This document shows, in pieces, positions 30,851-46,000 of a DNA stretch of 64,000 nucleotides; position 1 is the stretch's first letter; the number at the start of each line of letters is the position of its first letter. Source of the stretch: Chrysomallon squamiferum (lineage: Eukaryota > Animalia > Mollusca); the NCBI GenBank assembly GCA_012295275.1, contig CM022679.1:22072001-22136000 (forward strand), written 5' to 3'. Below the pieces are notes generated by a model. The model worked only from the letters and a program-made list of their open reading frames with translations, was not told the origin of the DNA and searched no databases. The translations under genes and the position numbers were made by a program.

Positions 30851-32221
30851 TCACAGAGTAAGTAATAAAAAATAAAGCACATCTCATAGAAAATTTTGGC
30901 ACAAAAGCTACCAGTATGTACAAGAATTTGACAGCACACATTTCATAGGTCTAGAACAAATAATTACAGGATAAGAATATAATAAAACAGATACTTATCA
31001 ATGAAAGACTTACTAAAAAATACTGGCAGAGATACATGGATGGAAAAAGAAAAAAATATGATTAAAAAAAGCTACAGGTATGTACAAGAATCTGCACAAT
31101 TTCACAAATCTAAAATGAATAATAAAGACTTTAAAAAAAAAAAACTAACAAAAAAATTGGAATAAAAAGGTTAAAAAGGTTTTTTTAAATTTTGGACGGA
31201 AAACTAGGATTGATACTGAGTTATTCAGTAAAATACTGGCACAGTTAAAATTAAAAAATAAGAAAAATCAAATTTAACAGACATTAAAAGAATTGGAAAT
31301 ATTTGTTATGAGTACTGAAACATTTGTCATAAGCTGTAATTGCACATAAGTGATGCTATTTTAGACGATGTGTTATATATATATATACATATATATCTAT
31401 TTACATAAAGCAATACATACACTTTCTAAATTAAAAATTATCTTTATTTAGTCTAATGTAAATATCTTTAATAAGCATCTTCTTTAAGCAAATCACTGCA
31501 TTACATTAGAATATAAATTGTCTATATACATTAACTATATATATAAGCTTAGATTAAAATATTATCAAAATTTCTTTTTAATAAACCAATTTTGAAAGAC
31601 CATTTTAAAAAATTAGTAAATTTTTATTACTTTAAAAAGATATCTATATATATATATATATTTATGTATCTATATTCCTTCACTAAATAATGAAATAAGT
31701 GAATACTTTAGCCAATAAAATTGCTCAATACAAGCTGATTTTACTACAAAAAGGAAAAAAGTAAATGATTTTTTTTTTTTTTACTCAGTTTATCACAGAA
31801 ATACTTTCATAAATTCACATTTTAAAACAGATCATTCATAATCATGGATGAAAAAAGAACAAAATATGACTTCATTTATTTTTATTTAAAAACACCTAAT
31901 GTTATTTCATTTCTTATTTCATATTATTATTTTTAATAAAAGGTAAAAAGGTTATTAAAAATCAGGTTACTATGTTTTTATGTTTCTTTAAGACAAAAAA
32001 AACCCACCAAAAACCAAAATTGTAATTACCAACCTGATCAATAATAAAAAATAAATAAATAAATAAATATATTAAATGAATGAAATGAAAAATAAAAATA
32101 AAGGCTTTATAATATTTTGGTTATTTGACTAAAAACGATCAGTCAAAATTGTTGCATAATTATTTCTGTAAAAATCAAGATAATTGTACTTACATCATTA
32201 TTATTTTCTTTACTTAAAATA

Positions 32222-32252
<31 letters not shown>

Positions 32253-32472
32253 TAAGAATAATATGTATTTTAAAAAAATGTTCTAACATATATTACCATG
32301 GCTTGACCTTAAAATTTCAAAATAGTAGTAATAGCAGTAATAATAATAATAATAAATAAAAATAAATAATAATAAATAATAATAATAAAAATAGCAATAA
32401 TAACAATATTAAAAATAACAATAAAATAAATGATCACACTAAACTGTCCTATTTTAACGAAAGGTAATGATG

Positions 32473-32796
32473 TTATTCTACGTAAGACTGACTGGGTAGG
32501 GGTGTTGGTACATCAATGTTCAAACCAGAAGCGTCGCCGATTCCTGACCCTGGTCTTTCTCCAGACATCTGGGAGGATCTAGGGGAGTCAACCGACTCTC
32601 GGGAGGACCCTGGCAGGGCAGACTGGGGACGTACGTTGTTACGGTTGGGCTGGGGTGCCCGTGGGCTGCGGGCGGACATTGGGCGTGTCACGCTGCCAAG
32701 CTGTGATTTTTGCATCTGAGGTCGGGCAGATGGCAGTTTTGACTGTTGCTAGAAAGTAAAATAAAAACAGAAAGGTAAAGTTTTGTTTTCAAATTA

Positions 32797-32842
<46 letters not shown>

Positions 32843-35570
32843 CATAGACAAACACACAGCCACAGATGTACACACACAAGTTACATTACATACTGGTACA
32901 TGTGTAAAGTCTAATAAATCAAATGTGTAATTAATATTAATTTATTTTTGAAACTAATTTCTTTCTGAAATCCTCCTAAACAAGATTTGTACACTATTAA
33001 AAATAATGGGACTCAATAAAAGTAATTTGTTATAAATATTTAATAGTCCACTGTGGACATTATTACAATCAGGTGAAATAATACTGATATCATTTTAGTA
33101 TCCTGGACGTATCTCAATACCCAGGTTCCCTGCTACAAAACTGACCTGCCCAGTGGTACCCCGCATTTTTGCTTCTAAAGACATTCGTTCCATGCGACCT
33201 TTGTATATATGTCCATCAACTCCTTGGACATCTACCTCACTCCTGAATGAAGAAAAGAATAAATGAATGAATGATTGAATTAATGAATGAATGAATGAAT
33301 GAAAGAAAGAATAAAACATGGATGAATAAATGGCTGTAAACTAACAAAATGCAAGAAAATCACCAGTTGTTTTTCCAGTTGTATTTATTTGTGTATTTAT
33401 TTATTTGCTTACTTACCTATTTGTTACATTTACTTATTTCAACTGACATTCTATTCTAATTTATTTAAAGATATAAAAATTCTCACTTGACTGGCTGCAC
33501 GTCTGATTCCTCTTTGAACAGAGAACTGAAAACAAAAAGATGAAAATTATAGTAAATAAATACCAATCAAATTATGTAAAAAGAAAAAGAGTTAAATTTT
33601 AACCAACTATGAATAACTGCCTATAAGATGAAAAATCTACTGCACATTATCAAAACATGTAAACCCAGACACTTTTTACAGCCATATTTATCCATTAAAT
33701 GAAAAACAATATAAAAAATATTGTTACATTCTAATTCTTTTACTTGGTTATATCATAGCTGTACTTTTTAATGATTTATCTCATCATTTACAGTTCTACA
33801 AATACCCTGACAATCATTAGACAAAATGTTTACTAATAATAAAGTATGGCAATAAAACAACAGTCTACGAAACAATATCCTGCCAGGTTTTTCAAAAAAT
33901 ATTTACTAATAAAGTATAAAGACAAGAAAATAACAAGCATATGAAAAAAATTAAATACATTTTTTATTTTATTTTTATAGTTCAAACATTCACAGTCAAC
34001 CAGAGTTATCTCCATAGAATGTGACATCCAGTATCATAGATATTTCATGTATAGTGAGAGTTTATTTACTGTGACAAATTACTTTATCAGAGACATGAGA
34101 ATTTCACTTCAGTATTTTCTCTTAATATGTGACTTGCAGCATTCACTCAGTGTTGTTGTAAACACATTAAATTCCAAAACATTTTCAATACAGTGTACAA
34201 ATGTTCACAGGTACTTTAGACTTTACCTGTGATCTTAGTTATTTTAGATTTTACTTGTGGTCTTACAGATATTTTAGATTTTACTTGTGATCTTACAGTT
34301 ATTTTAGACATTATTTGTGGTCTTATAGATAGCTATTTTAGACTTTACTTCTGATCTTACAGTTAATTTTAACATTACTTGTTGTCTTACAGTTATTTTA
34401 GACTTTAGTTGTGACCTTACAGTTATTTTACACTTTACTTGTGCTCTTACAATTATTTTACACTTTACCTGTGGTCTTACAATTATTTTATACTTTACTT
34501 GTGGTCTTACAATTATTTTACACTTTACTTGTGCTCTTACAGTTATATTACACTTTACTTGTGCTCTCTTACAATTATTTTAGACATTACTTGTGCTCTT
34601 ACAATTATTTTAGACATTACTTGTGGTCTTACAATTATTTTAGACATTACTTGTGCTCTTACAATTATTTTAGACATTACTTGTGGTCTTACAATTATTT
34701 TAGACATTACTTGTGCTCATACAATTATTTTAGACATTACTTGTGCTCTTACAATTATTTTAGACTTTACTTGTGGTCTTTTACTTGTGGTCTTATAGCT
34801 ATTTTAGACATTACTTGTGGTCTTATAGCTATTTTAAACTTTACTTCTGATCTTACAGTTATTTTAGACATTACTTGTGGTGTTATAGCTATTTTAAACT
34901 TTACTTCTTGTCTTACAGTTATTTTAGACTTTACTTGTGGTGTTACAGTTATTTTAGACTTTACTTGTTGTGTTACAATTATTTTAGACTTTACTTGTTA
35001 TGTTACAGTTATTTTAGACATTACTTGTGATGTTACAATTATTTTAGACTTTACTTGTTATGTTACAGTTATTTTAGACTTTACTTGTGGTCTTACAGTT
35101 ATTTTAGACATTACATGTGATGTCACAGTTATTTTAGACTTTACTTATGTTACAGTTATTTTAGACTTTACCTGTGATGTTAGTTATTTTAGACTTTACC
35201 TGTGATGTTAGTTATTTTAGACTTTACTTATGATGTTTCAGTTATTTTAAACTTTACTTGTGATGTTTCAGTTATTTTAAACTTTACTTGTGATTTTTCA
35301 GTTATTTTAAACTTTACTTATGAAGTGTCGATTATTTTAGACATTACATTAACATTTTGTTATCTGGTGGTGCTCTTTACTTACTTTAGCTGGGACATCC
35401 GAGAGGATCTCTTGTGTGGATAGGTGAGTGTGTGACCCCCACCACACTGACGTTCTTGAGCAAATGGATCTGCAGCCATATCTAAACTGCTAAATGCCTG
35501 GTAACTGAAATATTAAAATAATAACAATAATAATAACAATAATAATAATAATAATAATAATAAAAATAAC

Positions 35571-35626
<56 letters not shown>

Positions 35627-36587
35627 AAAAAAACACCAAACAAATCAAAATTAAGATTATCCACACCATTAATACAAGGACAAATTATTTTCATTTTTAA
35701 AAATTATTCCTGAAACTTTCTGTTATTTATTTATTTGTTTACAGTACTTTGGATACTTATTAATACACTAGTATTAATATTTAAAACAATAATAAAAATA
35801 ACAATTAAATATTTGGCATGAATTACATTATTTTACATATATTTTTAACTTGGGAGTGGGATATATTAAACTCTCTAAAGTGGATAAATAATGTACTGAA
35901 ACAACTGATTACTGAAATAATTTATTTTTATTTTTAACCTTCCTATTATTTTTATGGTTATTATCTTTTATTTTAGTGTTCATTAAGGAATGATCTGACA
36001 TTTTATAATTTAATACTAAAGAAACATATCTGAATTATATATCAATACATAAGCATTTTACATATGTTACTGCAATTGTTTGAGTACATGACAAAGATTT
36101 CCAATTTTTTATTTTTAATATGAAGAACAAAAAGAAAATTGATATTTTTAAAAACAAAACTACAACAAGAATAACGATGAAAAACTATAAATAATACAAA
36201 GTAAACTGAAAATAAATAGATATTGAAAACAAATGACATAAAAGAGTAAAATTAAATAAAACAGATGAAATAAAAGAATAAATGGATAATAAAATGGAAG
36301 CTAGGTGTGAAGGGAAAATAAAGTTTACTGAAGAAGGATAACAAGGAATAAGTAACAAAATGTTGAAAATAATGGAAATAATTCAAGCTGTAATTCTGAA
36401 TGGAAGTAGTAAATGAACAAGGATTTGAAAATCAACAGACAGGGATACTCTCTAATAATATTCTAAATAATACTGTTATGTTTGGTACATTATATATTTG
36501 TATTTATATGTGAAAATATTATATATAGGTATGTGTGCACATATGTATGTATGTATATATATATGTGTGTTTGTGTAGTTCTATGTA

Positions 36588-36624
<37 letters not shown>

Positions 36625-36673
36625 TTGCATTTATATGTGAATGAGAATGTATGTATGTATGTTTATACATTTG

Positions 36674-36704
<31 letters not shown>

Positions 36705-37429
36705 GCATGTGTTTGTATACATATTAACAAGTCTGTATTGTGGCTTTCTGCTCTGTACTATAATCAATGCAAAATAAAAATGTATTCAATTTACTAACAT
36801 TAAATACAGATAACACATATCTATTGTAAACTCTTCTTCTGACAATAATCAATTCAAAACACCAAAATAAAACTTACCAACATACATCAACGCACAAAAC
36901 ATACACACACATCTTAATATACATCTAACTTCTGCTATCAAACTATGAAGCCATCATGCAGCAAAATTTAAACAATAATTTAAAAAAAAAAAAAAATTTA
37001 GTTAACAAATATTAAAAAAAAGAGGTGAAAATACAATGCAAACAGTGTAAAAAAAGGAAACAAATAAACAAAGGATGTCACTGGATGAAAGCAAGGAGGT
37101 TAGAAAGGAAGACGGTTAATGAAACGTTTTGTCAAAAATTATAAGATGGCCATGCAAAATAATTACCGAGGACTACTATTAGCAACAGTTCTCTGATAGT
37201 AGACTCTAATCAAAAATAAAAACAGAACTATGTTATTTTAAATTCTAGCATTTAGTGTGGGTTACAATCAGAGGTGAAGACACTATTTTATAAACTAACA
37301 CCTGCAATAAATGCTATAGTTCATTCATAAATATTCACATGGTAGCAACTGAATATTCATATCCTACTATTAGACAAATGTTTTATACACCCTTAATATT
37401 CATATTTTAGTTTAAATAGTCATGCTTTA

Positions 37430-37476
<47 letters not shown>

Positions 37477-38951
37477 AATAAAAATCAATATACCAGTAAT
37501 AAATATTCATTTACAAGTACTGAATATTCCTATACCAGTGTCAATGTTTGTGCATTGTTATATTATTATACAGATTTATACACTGCTGTTAAATATTTAT
37601 ATACAATTTGTGTATTTTATCAATAATGTTGCAGTAATTTTCTCTTCGACTATTATACAGATTTATACGGATTTATATTAAATATTCATGTACTGTTGTT
37701 ATTAAATATTTATATATAATTTGAACATTTTATCAAAAATGCTATAGTAATATTCTCTTCCATTTAATCATCTTAAACACAATTACTATTTGCAACAGAT
37801 TTATAATTAAAGCTTTCTGTTGTGTTTCTTCTCTTTCTATGCTTGTCTGTTGATCCATATGACATTTAAATCCTGTAATATCAGTTCTTTTTTTTATTAA
37901 TATGAAAGTCAATGTCTTATTTCACAAATCAGTGATGTCATTGTGGTGAAACAGACAATGGAAAGTTAATTCTTTGCGTTGACTATTCTATATCTTAATA
38001 AATAATACAACATAACTTAACACATAACACTTACAACAAATAATAAAGAAGCAAATAAATAAATAAATAAATAAATATTTAACTATGATGGTACAAATAC
38101 ATCTGATCTTGTTCCAAGTTTTACTTGTTTCAGAAATTCCAACCTATTGATTTGATTTTATCTTTTACCTCAGAGATAACCTTTTTGCAAAATTTGTTTA
38201 TATGTCTTCAAGCATCTTTTATAAATGCACTTCAGTGATGGAAAGTGCCAAAGGAAAAAGGGAAAAAGGGAAGCCTCTACTGAATTTCAGCTGCTTCTGT
38301 TATGGAATACTTTATTATTTGCAAAGGTTGATTGTCAGTTATAAATAAAGCTATTGGTATATTAACTGATTTATATTATTTGCACAGAACAGAACAGAAT
38401 GTTTTGAAACAAAATATCTTTGCCATTAAGAGACTTTATACTTTAAAATGTAACTGATTAATTGCGAAAATAGTCTGTAATAGTCCTGTCTTGGGGTCAA
38501 CGACAGACAAAATTTTTAATAGTTAATGACAGTTTCAATAAAAGTATTAAAACTATTTAAAAAAATAATAATAAAATAAAATAAAATAAAATAAAATAAA
38601 ATAAAATAATATAAAAGAAGAAACACGAACCAGTAAAAAAAAAGGAAGAGATAAATGAAAATTGTTACATATTATTACAAGAAGCTGGACAAAAAAAGTA
38701 TTAATTGCTGATACAGATCTTGTTAATTAATGTTTTAAAGCAGTGAAAAAGTCACTCACTTTCTTGCTTGCTGTCGAATCTGGTCCAGTTCGAATGTAGT
38801 GTATGGTCTCGGAGACTTGTTTGGTGGTAAGTTACCAGGACTTGGCAGAGACATAACAGCACTGAAAAACAGTGTAAATAAATCAGTAAATAAACAAATA
38901 CTTTAAGTAAGTATAATAAATAAAATCAGAAATATGTGTGTGTGTGTGTGT

Positions 38952-38996
<45 letters not shown>

Positions 38997-41900
38997 CGTG
39001 TGTTTGTGTGTGTGTGTAAAATAATGAAGAAGAAAACAAATTCCTACTTGCTGGGCATCATGTCAATAGGACGATCACAAGACAAACAGTGGAATTTCAT
39101 CAGTAACTGCCTGAAATAGTAACAATTAAAATGAAAAAAAATTTAAATTTAAATTTAAAAAGGTCTAAAAATACATACATTTTTTAAAATGAGAACAAAC
39201 CTAGAAATATTTTATGCAAAAACAGACAGTCAAAAAAAAAAAAATAAAATAAATAAAATAATAATAATAATAAAAAAATGTTTTAATAAATGTTTTTATT
39301 ACAATAAGGAGATTTAAGATATATGTTAAATGCACGAAGAAAAAAATAAATCAGAAATACCTCAGTGAGATACATTATGGAACATATACAGAACAGTAAG
39401 AAATGTGAAATATACCAAAGATAAACATGAATTCATCAATGTCTATGAGAAAAGCAAAGCAGGAATACATCAATGAGATGTATAAAATACATCAGTGAGA
39501 AACACAGAATATGTCAGTGATAAACAGACTAGTTCAGTGAGACATGACAAGCCTGTCAAAGATAAACATATACTTACTTTCTCAGTCCAGCAGCATCATC
39601 GTCAGTCCAGCCACAGGAAGCCTGGTTGATCTTCTTGTTCAAAGCCTTGAGACGAGCTTCCAGCCAGTTCTTTAGCGAGTCCAGCTCCAACCTGTCCAGC
39701 TTCCCTGTTTACAGTAACATCACTGAGCAATAAGTCTTGTAATACTCTTCATTCAGTTTTAATTTGAATATGCTTTTTCTTTTTGTTCAGTTTTTTAATT
39801 TAAATATGCTTTTTTTTCAGTCAGTTTTGTTCACTTTTTTTAATTTAAATGTTTTTCATTTTTGTTCTGTTTAAATTTGAATATGCTTATCATTTTTGTT
39901 CAATTTTAATTTAAATAATGTTTTTTCATTTTTGTTCAATTTTAATTTAAATAATGTTTTTCATTTTTATTCATTTTTGTTCTGTTTAAATTTGAATATG
40001 CTTATCATTTTTGTTCAGTTTTAATTTAAATAATGCTCATCATTTTTATTCAGTTTTAATTTAAATAAGTCTCTTCATTTTTGTTCAGTTTTAATTTAAA
40101 TAATGCTCTTCATTTTTGTTAAGTTTTAATTTAAATATGCTTTTTGTTTTTGTTCAGTTTTAATTTAAATATGCTTTTTGTTTTCATTTAGTTTTAATTT
40201 AAATAAACTCTTTATTTTTGTTCAGTTTTAATTTAAATATGCTTTTTGTTTTTGTTTAGTTTTAATTTAAATATACTCTTCATTTTTTTTTCAGTTTTAA
40301 TTTAAATATGCTTTTTGTTCTTGTTGAGTTTTAATTTAAATATGCTCTTCATTTTTGTTCATAGAATGTTTACTGTATCAGATGATTATCCAATATGAAA
40401 TAATTTTGCTTACTTACTCCGACTTCATTTTATCATTTAACATACAACCAAAATTTTGATTATTGTCCTTAATGAATCAGACAACATACAAATATTTTTG
40501 CTTTCAAAGTCTTCATAAATATATGCCACAGTGTCTGTTTCCTTGGAATAGGATGTTTCAAATTTTTTTATTAAGATGAACATGACATATAGCAATACAT
40601 CTATTATATTTATTTCTTGAGAGAAATACCTTTCCCAGAAGTTTCTGCCAGTGATGGAAGCTGAAACATTGTTTGTCATTTCTCCAAACTGGCAATATTT
40701 TAACTATTGTTAATGATGATAATTATTTTTGATCATGTTGAACACTAATTACTTGATCTAAATACTTATTAAAATCTTGTCAAATATGACAAGTTAAAGA
40801 ACAAGCATGATGATGCTAATCCTTAATTTTTAAAACAGACTAGTAATTAAGAATATTATTAACTGCATGAGTTTACCTTCAAGATCATTCTCCAAAGCCT
40901 TCAGAGCATCTTTCCACAACTCTTCCTGCAACAAAACAAAAATAAAATATAATCAAAAATCAAAAGTTATTTTTTTATCTTTATTTCATTTCTTTTTTTT
41001 TTTTTTTTTTTGCTTTTTAACATTTTTCAAGTAACTTTAAGCAGTTAAAAATATTTGATGATTTAATAATGATGTGAATGAATATTTTTTTCAGTATAAC
41101 ACTTCAGTGGTCTGAACATTAAAAAAGAAAGAAAAAAAGGATGAAGCAATTTAAACTTGTACCTGCAACCAGATTTTGGACTGGATGAGCAAACATGCAG
41201 AAAATGTTTGGTTTTGAAGCTGACAAAGTGAGAGAAAAAGTCAGAGACAGTGTGAAAGAGAAATGAGAAATGCATGTAAAAACACCTGCATTTATGTACT
41301 TATGTGTAGGTGAAAGATGTATGTTTATTTGTGTCTGTGGGTTTTTTAAGTGGGATTATGGATGTTCAGTTTAAGTGAATTTTGGTGAGAATGATTTAAG
41401 AGGGTGGATGGTCAGTGCATGGTGGGTGTAGGGTGAATGGGGGGTTATGTAGACTGAGATAAACAGAATACATACGTTGCCAGTTAACTTGTCTAAGATC
41501 TCTTTGATCATCTTGTTCAAGTCGTTGGTTGTAGTGTCAAACAGTGTCATATTCACCTTGCCATCCAGATGCTTCTTGTCAGCTTTCTGATTTATTTAAT
41601 AAAAATAAATAAACAAACAAACAAACAAAGAAGTTTAGAAATAAATAAATATATAAATATGGAAATAAATATATAAACAAACAAATAAATAAAATACCAA
41701 AAGATAAGTATAACCAATAAGCAAATAAAAACTTAAGAACACACAAACATTGAAAATCCAGGTGTGATGAAATAAAACGGCAGCATTAAAATGCTTTCTA
41801 ACAGAATTACTTTATTGTTTTACTTTGCTATTAACAATTAAAGACTGCCCAAAACAAGATATTTATAATGAAGTATTTGCAGAATTTAACATCTCTACAC

Positions 41901-43039
41901 ATTAATGTTTTAAAACTGAAACTGTGTGTAAGAAGCGTCAACTCACCACATCTACCTCCATAGCAACATATTCTTTGTCAGCTTTCATTTCATCTAGTTT
42001 CTCATGATTCTTTTTAAGTTCCTGAAAATAAATAAATAAATCCAGTTTTAAATTGCATTGTGTACATACTTTTTATAATATAAACACGGCATTAGTGTAG
42101 ATTCCTTATTAAGAATCAGAATTGAAAAGAACTGTTAACCAATCAGGATGGTTCTTATTAGATGATAATTAACCAATCAAAGCTGTTCTCTGTTAAATGA
42201 TAATAAACCAATCAGAACAGTTTTATCAGAATATCATTAACCAATCAGAACTGTTCTTTGTAAGAGTACCCTACCTCTAAGTGTTTAGCTTTCTCCATGT
42301 TTTCTTTAATGAGCTCCTCTGCAGTCTGTTGTAGTTTCTCATTCTCAGCCTGTAACTGTAAAATCGCGTGTTGAATCCTTTTCATGTCATCGTTATCCTG
42401 AAATTAACAGTAAATAAATAAATATAACAACAACAATAACAACACAATAAATACAATACTAATAATAAACTAATGTATTAATAAGTAAGTAGAGAAGTAA
42501 TAATAAATAAGTAAATAAAATAAAATAAAATGAAATGAATAAATATTATGTAAATTTATTTATTGCAGTCATTAAAAAGAAATACACAGACAGAAAATCT
42601 ATTATTATTATAACAATAAATTCCTCAAATTAAGTTTTTTAATGGTTTGTTCTCATATACCTAAATATGTGTGTGGGTGTATGTTCATATGTTTGTGTAA
42701 ATGTCCTTAGAAATAATAAATATTGATTCCTGGAGCTACAAATCCTGTTTATTATACACCTGACCAAAATAAGCAGGTTAATTTATCTCCTAGCACAAAG
42801 AAATAATTTTAAATGTTTTCCCAAGAGATCAACTATATACAAATAAAAAAGGGAAGAGAAATCAATTCAAGAAGTAAATGTGTTTGTGAATGATTTACTA
42901 GGTTAGTGATCTGATGTTTATTTCTTATTAATTACAATGATTATAGGTTTATCATACCTTTTTTTATTTCCTCATTTTCCTTTTTTTCTTCAATATTATT
43001 ATATATAGATAGATAGATAGATAGATTATACAGTAATGA

Positions 43040-43072
<33 letters not shown>

Positions 43073-46000
43073 GAAATAGGCAGAGGGAAAGCACTATTTT
43101 ATTTTGGATTTAAATAAAATTTTAGGGGTAACAGTTATTATATTTAAATCTCGCAATTAAATATAATATAAAAGAACAAATTTACCTAAATGAATAAGTC
43201 ATTTCATACAAGAATTGTATTGTTTGTGGGTTTTTTTTATATTTGTTTTGTTTTGTTTTATTCCAGCATGAAAGTTTTTGTTAAAAAAAAAAATTGTATT
43301 GTTTGTGGGATTTTTTATATTTTTTTTTGTTTTGAACTTTCCCATGATTTCAGTACTGATATGCATCTATATAGTAAACAACTGTTGTTTTTGTTGTTTT
43401 CTTACTCATACATTTTTCAGATAAAATACAGTGACATGAGAGTTACTTTTTAAAAACAACTTTTCATTATGTTTGACATTTAATATTCCTATCTAGTTAT
43501 ACTGACGATTTTGTGTTTTTTGTTTGATTAGGTTTTTGGGTGATTATTTCTTCTTCTTCTTCTTGCTGCTGCTGCTGATGTTGTTATTATTATTACTATA
43601 CTTCTGCTGCTACTACTACTTATACTACTACTACTAGTATCACTACTATACAATTATTATTATTTACCATAAAGTTTAATCATAAAACAATAAAATCTAA
43701 TTTTGTTTTAATAAACTGTATATCAGATTCATAACAGTCAGTAAAAAAACCCTCATATATTGATTTAAAGTTACAGCTGAATTGGCTATGTTTGAGTTTT
43801 CCTTTGTGCCCTTTATGTTTCTATTTACAAATAACAAGCAAATGTATTGACATGGAAAATATTAATATCCAACATCGTGTTGTTTAATCAAGATAAATAT
43901 CAAAAGTAACAAATCTGTATTAACCTACATGAAACAAATGTACAGTCACCTTACTTGTAGATAAAAAAAATAATGAAAATCAATATAATAGTGACAGTTG
44001 TCATATTTCTAGAAACTCATTGTAAGTCTGTGGTTACATATTTATAAAAGTTTTCAGGAAAATAATATATATATATATGTAGATATAGAATAACATAACC
44101 ATGTGTATGTATATGAACTAAACATGAATCCATTTAACTGTCACTGTCACCATGAATGTATTTAAAAATGAAGAAAATCCTGATATTTATCTTGATATAT
44201 CATTATAATCATAAATGGCAGTTGCAATATTTCTATCTTTATAATTATATTATCAAAGTTTTCTTGAAAATAATGCCACTAAAGTACCAACAATTTTATA
44301 CTAATGTTTTTTTAAATTTTTTTAAATATATTTATGCTGAATAATTTGTTTCTGTAGGAGTGATATTATTTTTCTTGCTGCCCTATTTTATTCCAGGTAA
44401 ATGAAAATGAAAACTTGTTGTAATACATTGCAGATTCTGTTATCAGATGATGCTCTGTGACTGCTAGAGCAATCACTACACTGTGACTTCTGTAGCAGTC
44501 ACTAAAGATACTCAACCGGTCAAAGGGACAAGAAATGTAATTTGTTTATATCTTTTACCATGTTATATAAAACAGAAGATTTGTAATATCTAGAAACACT
44601 GATTTTTCAAGAAATTAATACAATCTTGTAATGTTTAGGTGTGTTTTTTGACATTTGTGTTTTTTTTGTTGTTTTTTTGTTTTCCTTTTTTTTGTTTTAT
44701 TATTACTTCTTTATTTATTTATTTATTTATTTAATGTTATTATTATTATTTTTTTTTAATAAATGATGCTGCAGTTGCTTTATAAATTTATCACACTTTT
44801 AATCTTTGTTTTAATAACCTGGAATGTATATTATGGTTCTGGACTAATTTGCAGTTCACCTGTTTTGCTTACAGTGAACTGTGTTCCACCAGTATTTTAT
44901 GAAATATTCAAATTTTAATAACATGTGACACAGACAAAACAGAAATAAATGCATCTTATTATTAAAGTGACTACAGGGTCTTGAATCCTTTTCATTAATA
45001 TTATGATCATATTAATTGCATGATCTGCTCTATAATAAATTACATAGGAGTAGAGTTCTAATTAAAATTATTATTCAGACAATCTGAACTCAACTAAGAG
45101 TAATTATTTATGATTTATTATTATAAGTCTACAGTATTTTCCTCACCTAATGTACAGTGAAATTACACATAAAGCAAAAGGTTAATAACTTTTATGTATA
45201 TTTTGTTCAAATATAATACTTGGAAGTGAGATTTCAACTAAGCTTTGAGACCTTTTAATCCTAATTAGTGACAGAAATAAAACACAGACCTTTTCATGCA
45301 TGTTTTGTATGTCTTCAATGTCTTTCATCAACTTGTGCAGCTGATCCATGAGATCTGTTGATATATCTGTGAAAACAAAGTAGAGAGGATTTCTAAAAAT
45401 ACAGCCTTAAATAGTTCTGCTGGACATGTTGAAATATCTCAGTTATTTCTTGAAATACTGAAATATTTTGTTTTGGATTTCTAGAAACAACCACTTTCAA
45501 TTAGCTACGTTTGGGATTATTATAAATACATAAACATTTTGAAACAGATCTGCTAATTTCTAGAAACATGTACATACTTTTTCTTGGCTCTGCTTAATTA
45601 TTCTAGAATTATACTAATGTTTTTTAAAAATAGCTCTGCTTGCTTTTAGAAATAAGCATTGTTTTAAACAGTTTTATAAATTAGGATTTCTAAGAATTAT
45701 ATAAACATTTTAAAATAGCCGTGGTTATTTCCAGAAATACAGACTTATAAATTATTTTGGTTATAATTTCTTGAAACTGTTCTGCTCAACTCCACTTACC
45801 TGTCTTGAACTGGTGTGTATTAAAAAAGTACTTGAAATAGTTTTTAAAAACATTTTTACAATGTTTTCATAAAACTTATTATAATTATGACAATACATTT
45901 TAAAAGAAACCAAATGTTTATCATGGCAACAAAAATCCACTGAATTTTCATAATTCATAGTTATGTAAAGTAAATTTTAAATTTAATTTCTCTTATTTTA

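Noticed and set aside
25430-32472. Antisense 3' overlap of ERCC1 with the convergent gene, as known for human ERCC1 and yeast RAD10
   Set aside because: The stop codons are 7 kb apart with many AATAAA signals between; overlap cannot be supported from sequence alone.
34411-35205. 264-aa plus-strand ORF with repeated VILDFTC units
   Set aside because: It is the 30-bp minisatellite read through, antisense within an intron, with no independent sign of coding.
34215-35350. CRISPR-like array of 30-bp repeats
   Set aside because: Units are contiguous with no unique spacers, the context is eukaryotic, and there are no cas genes.
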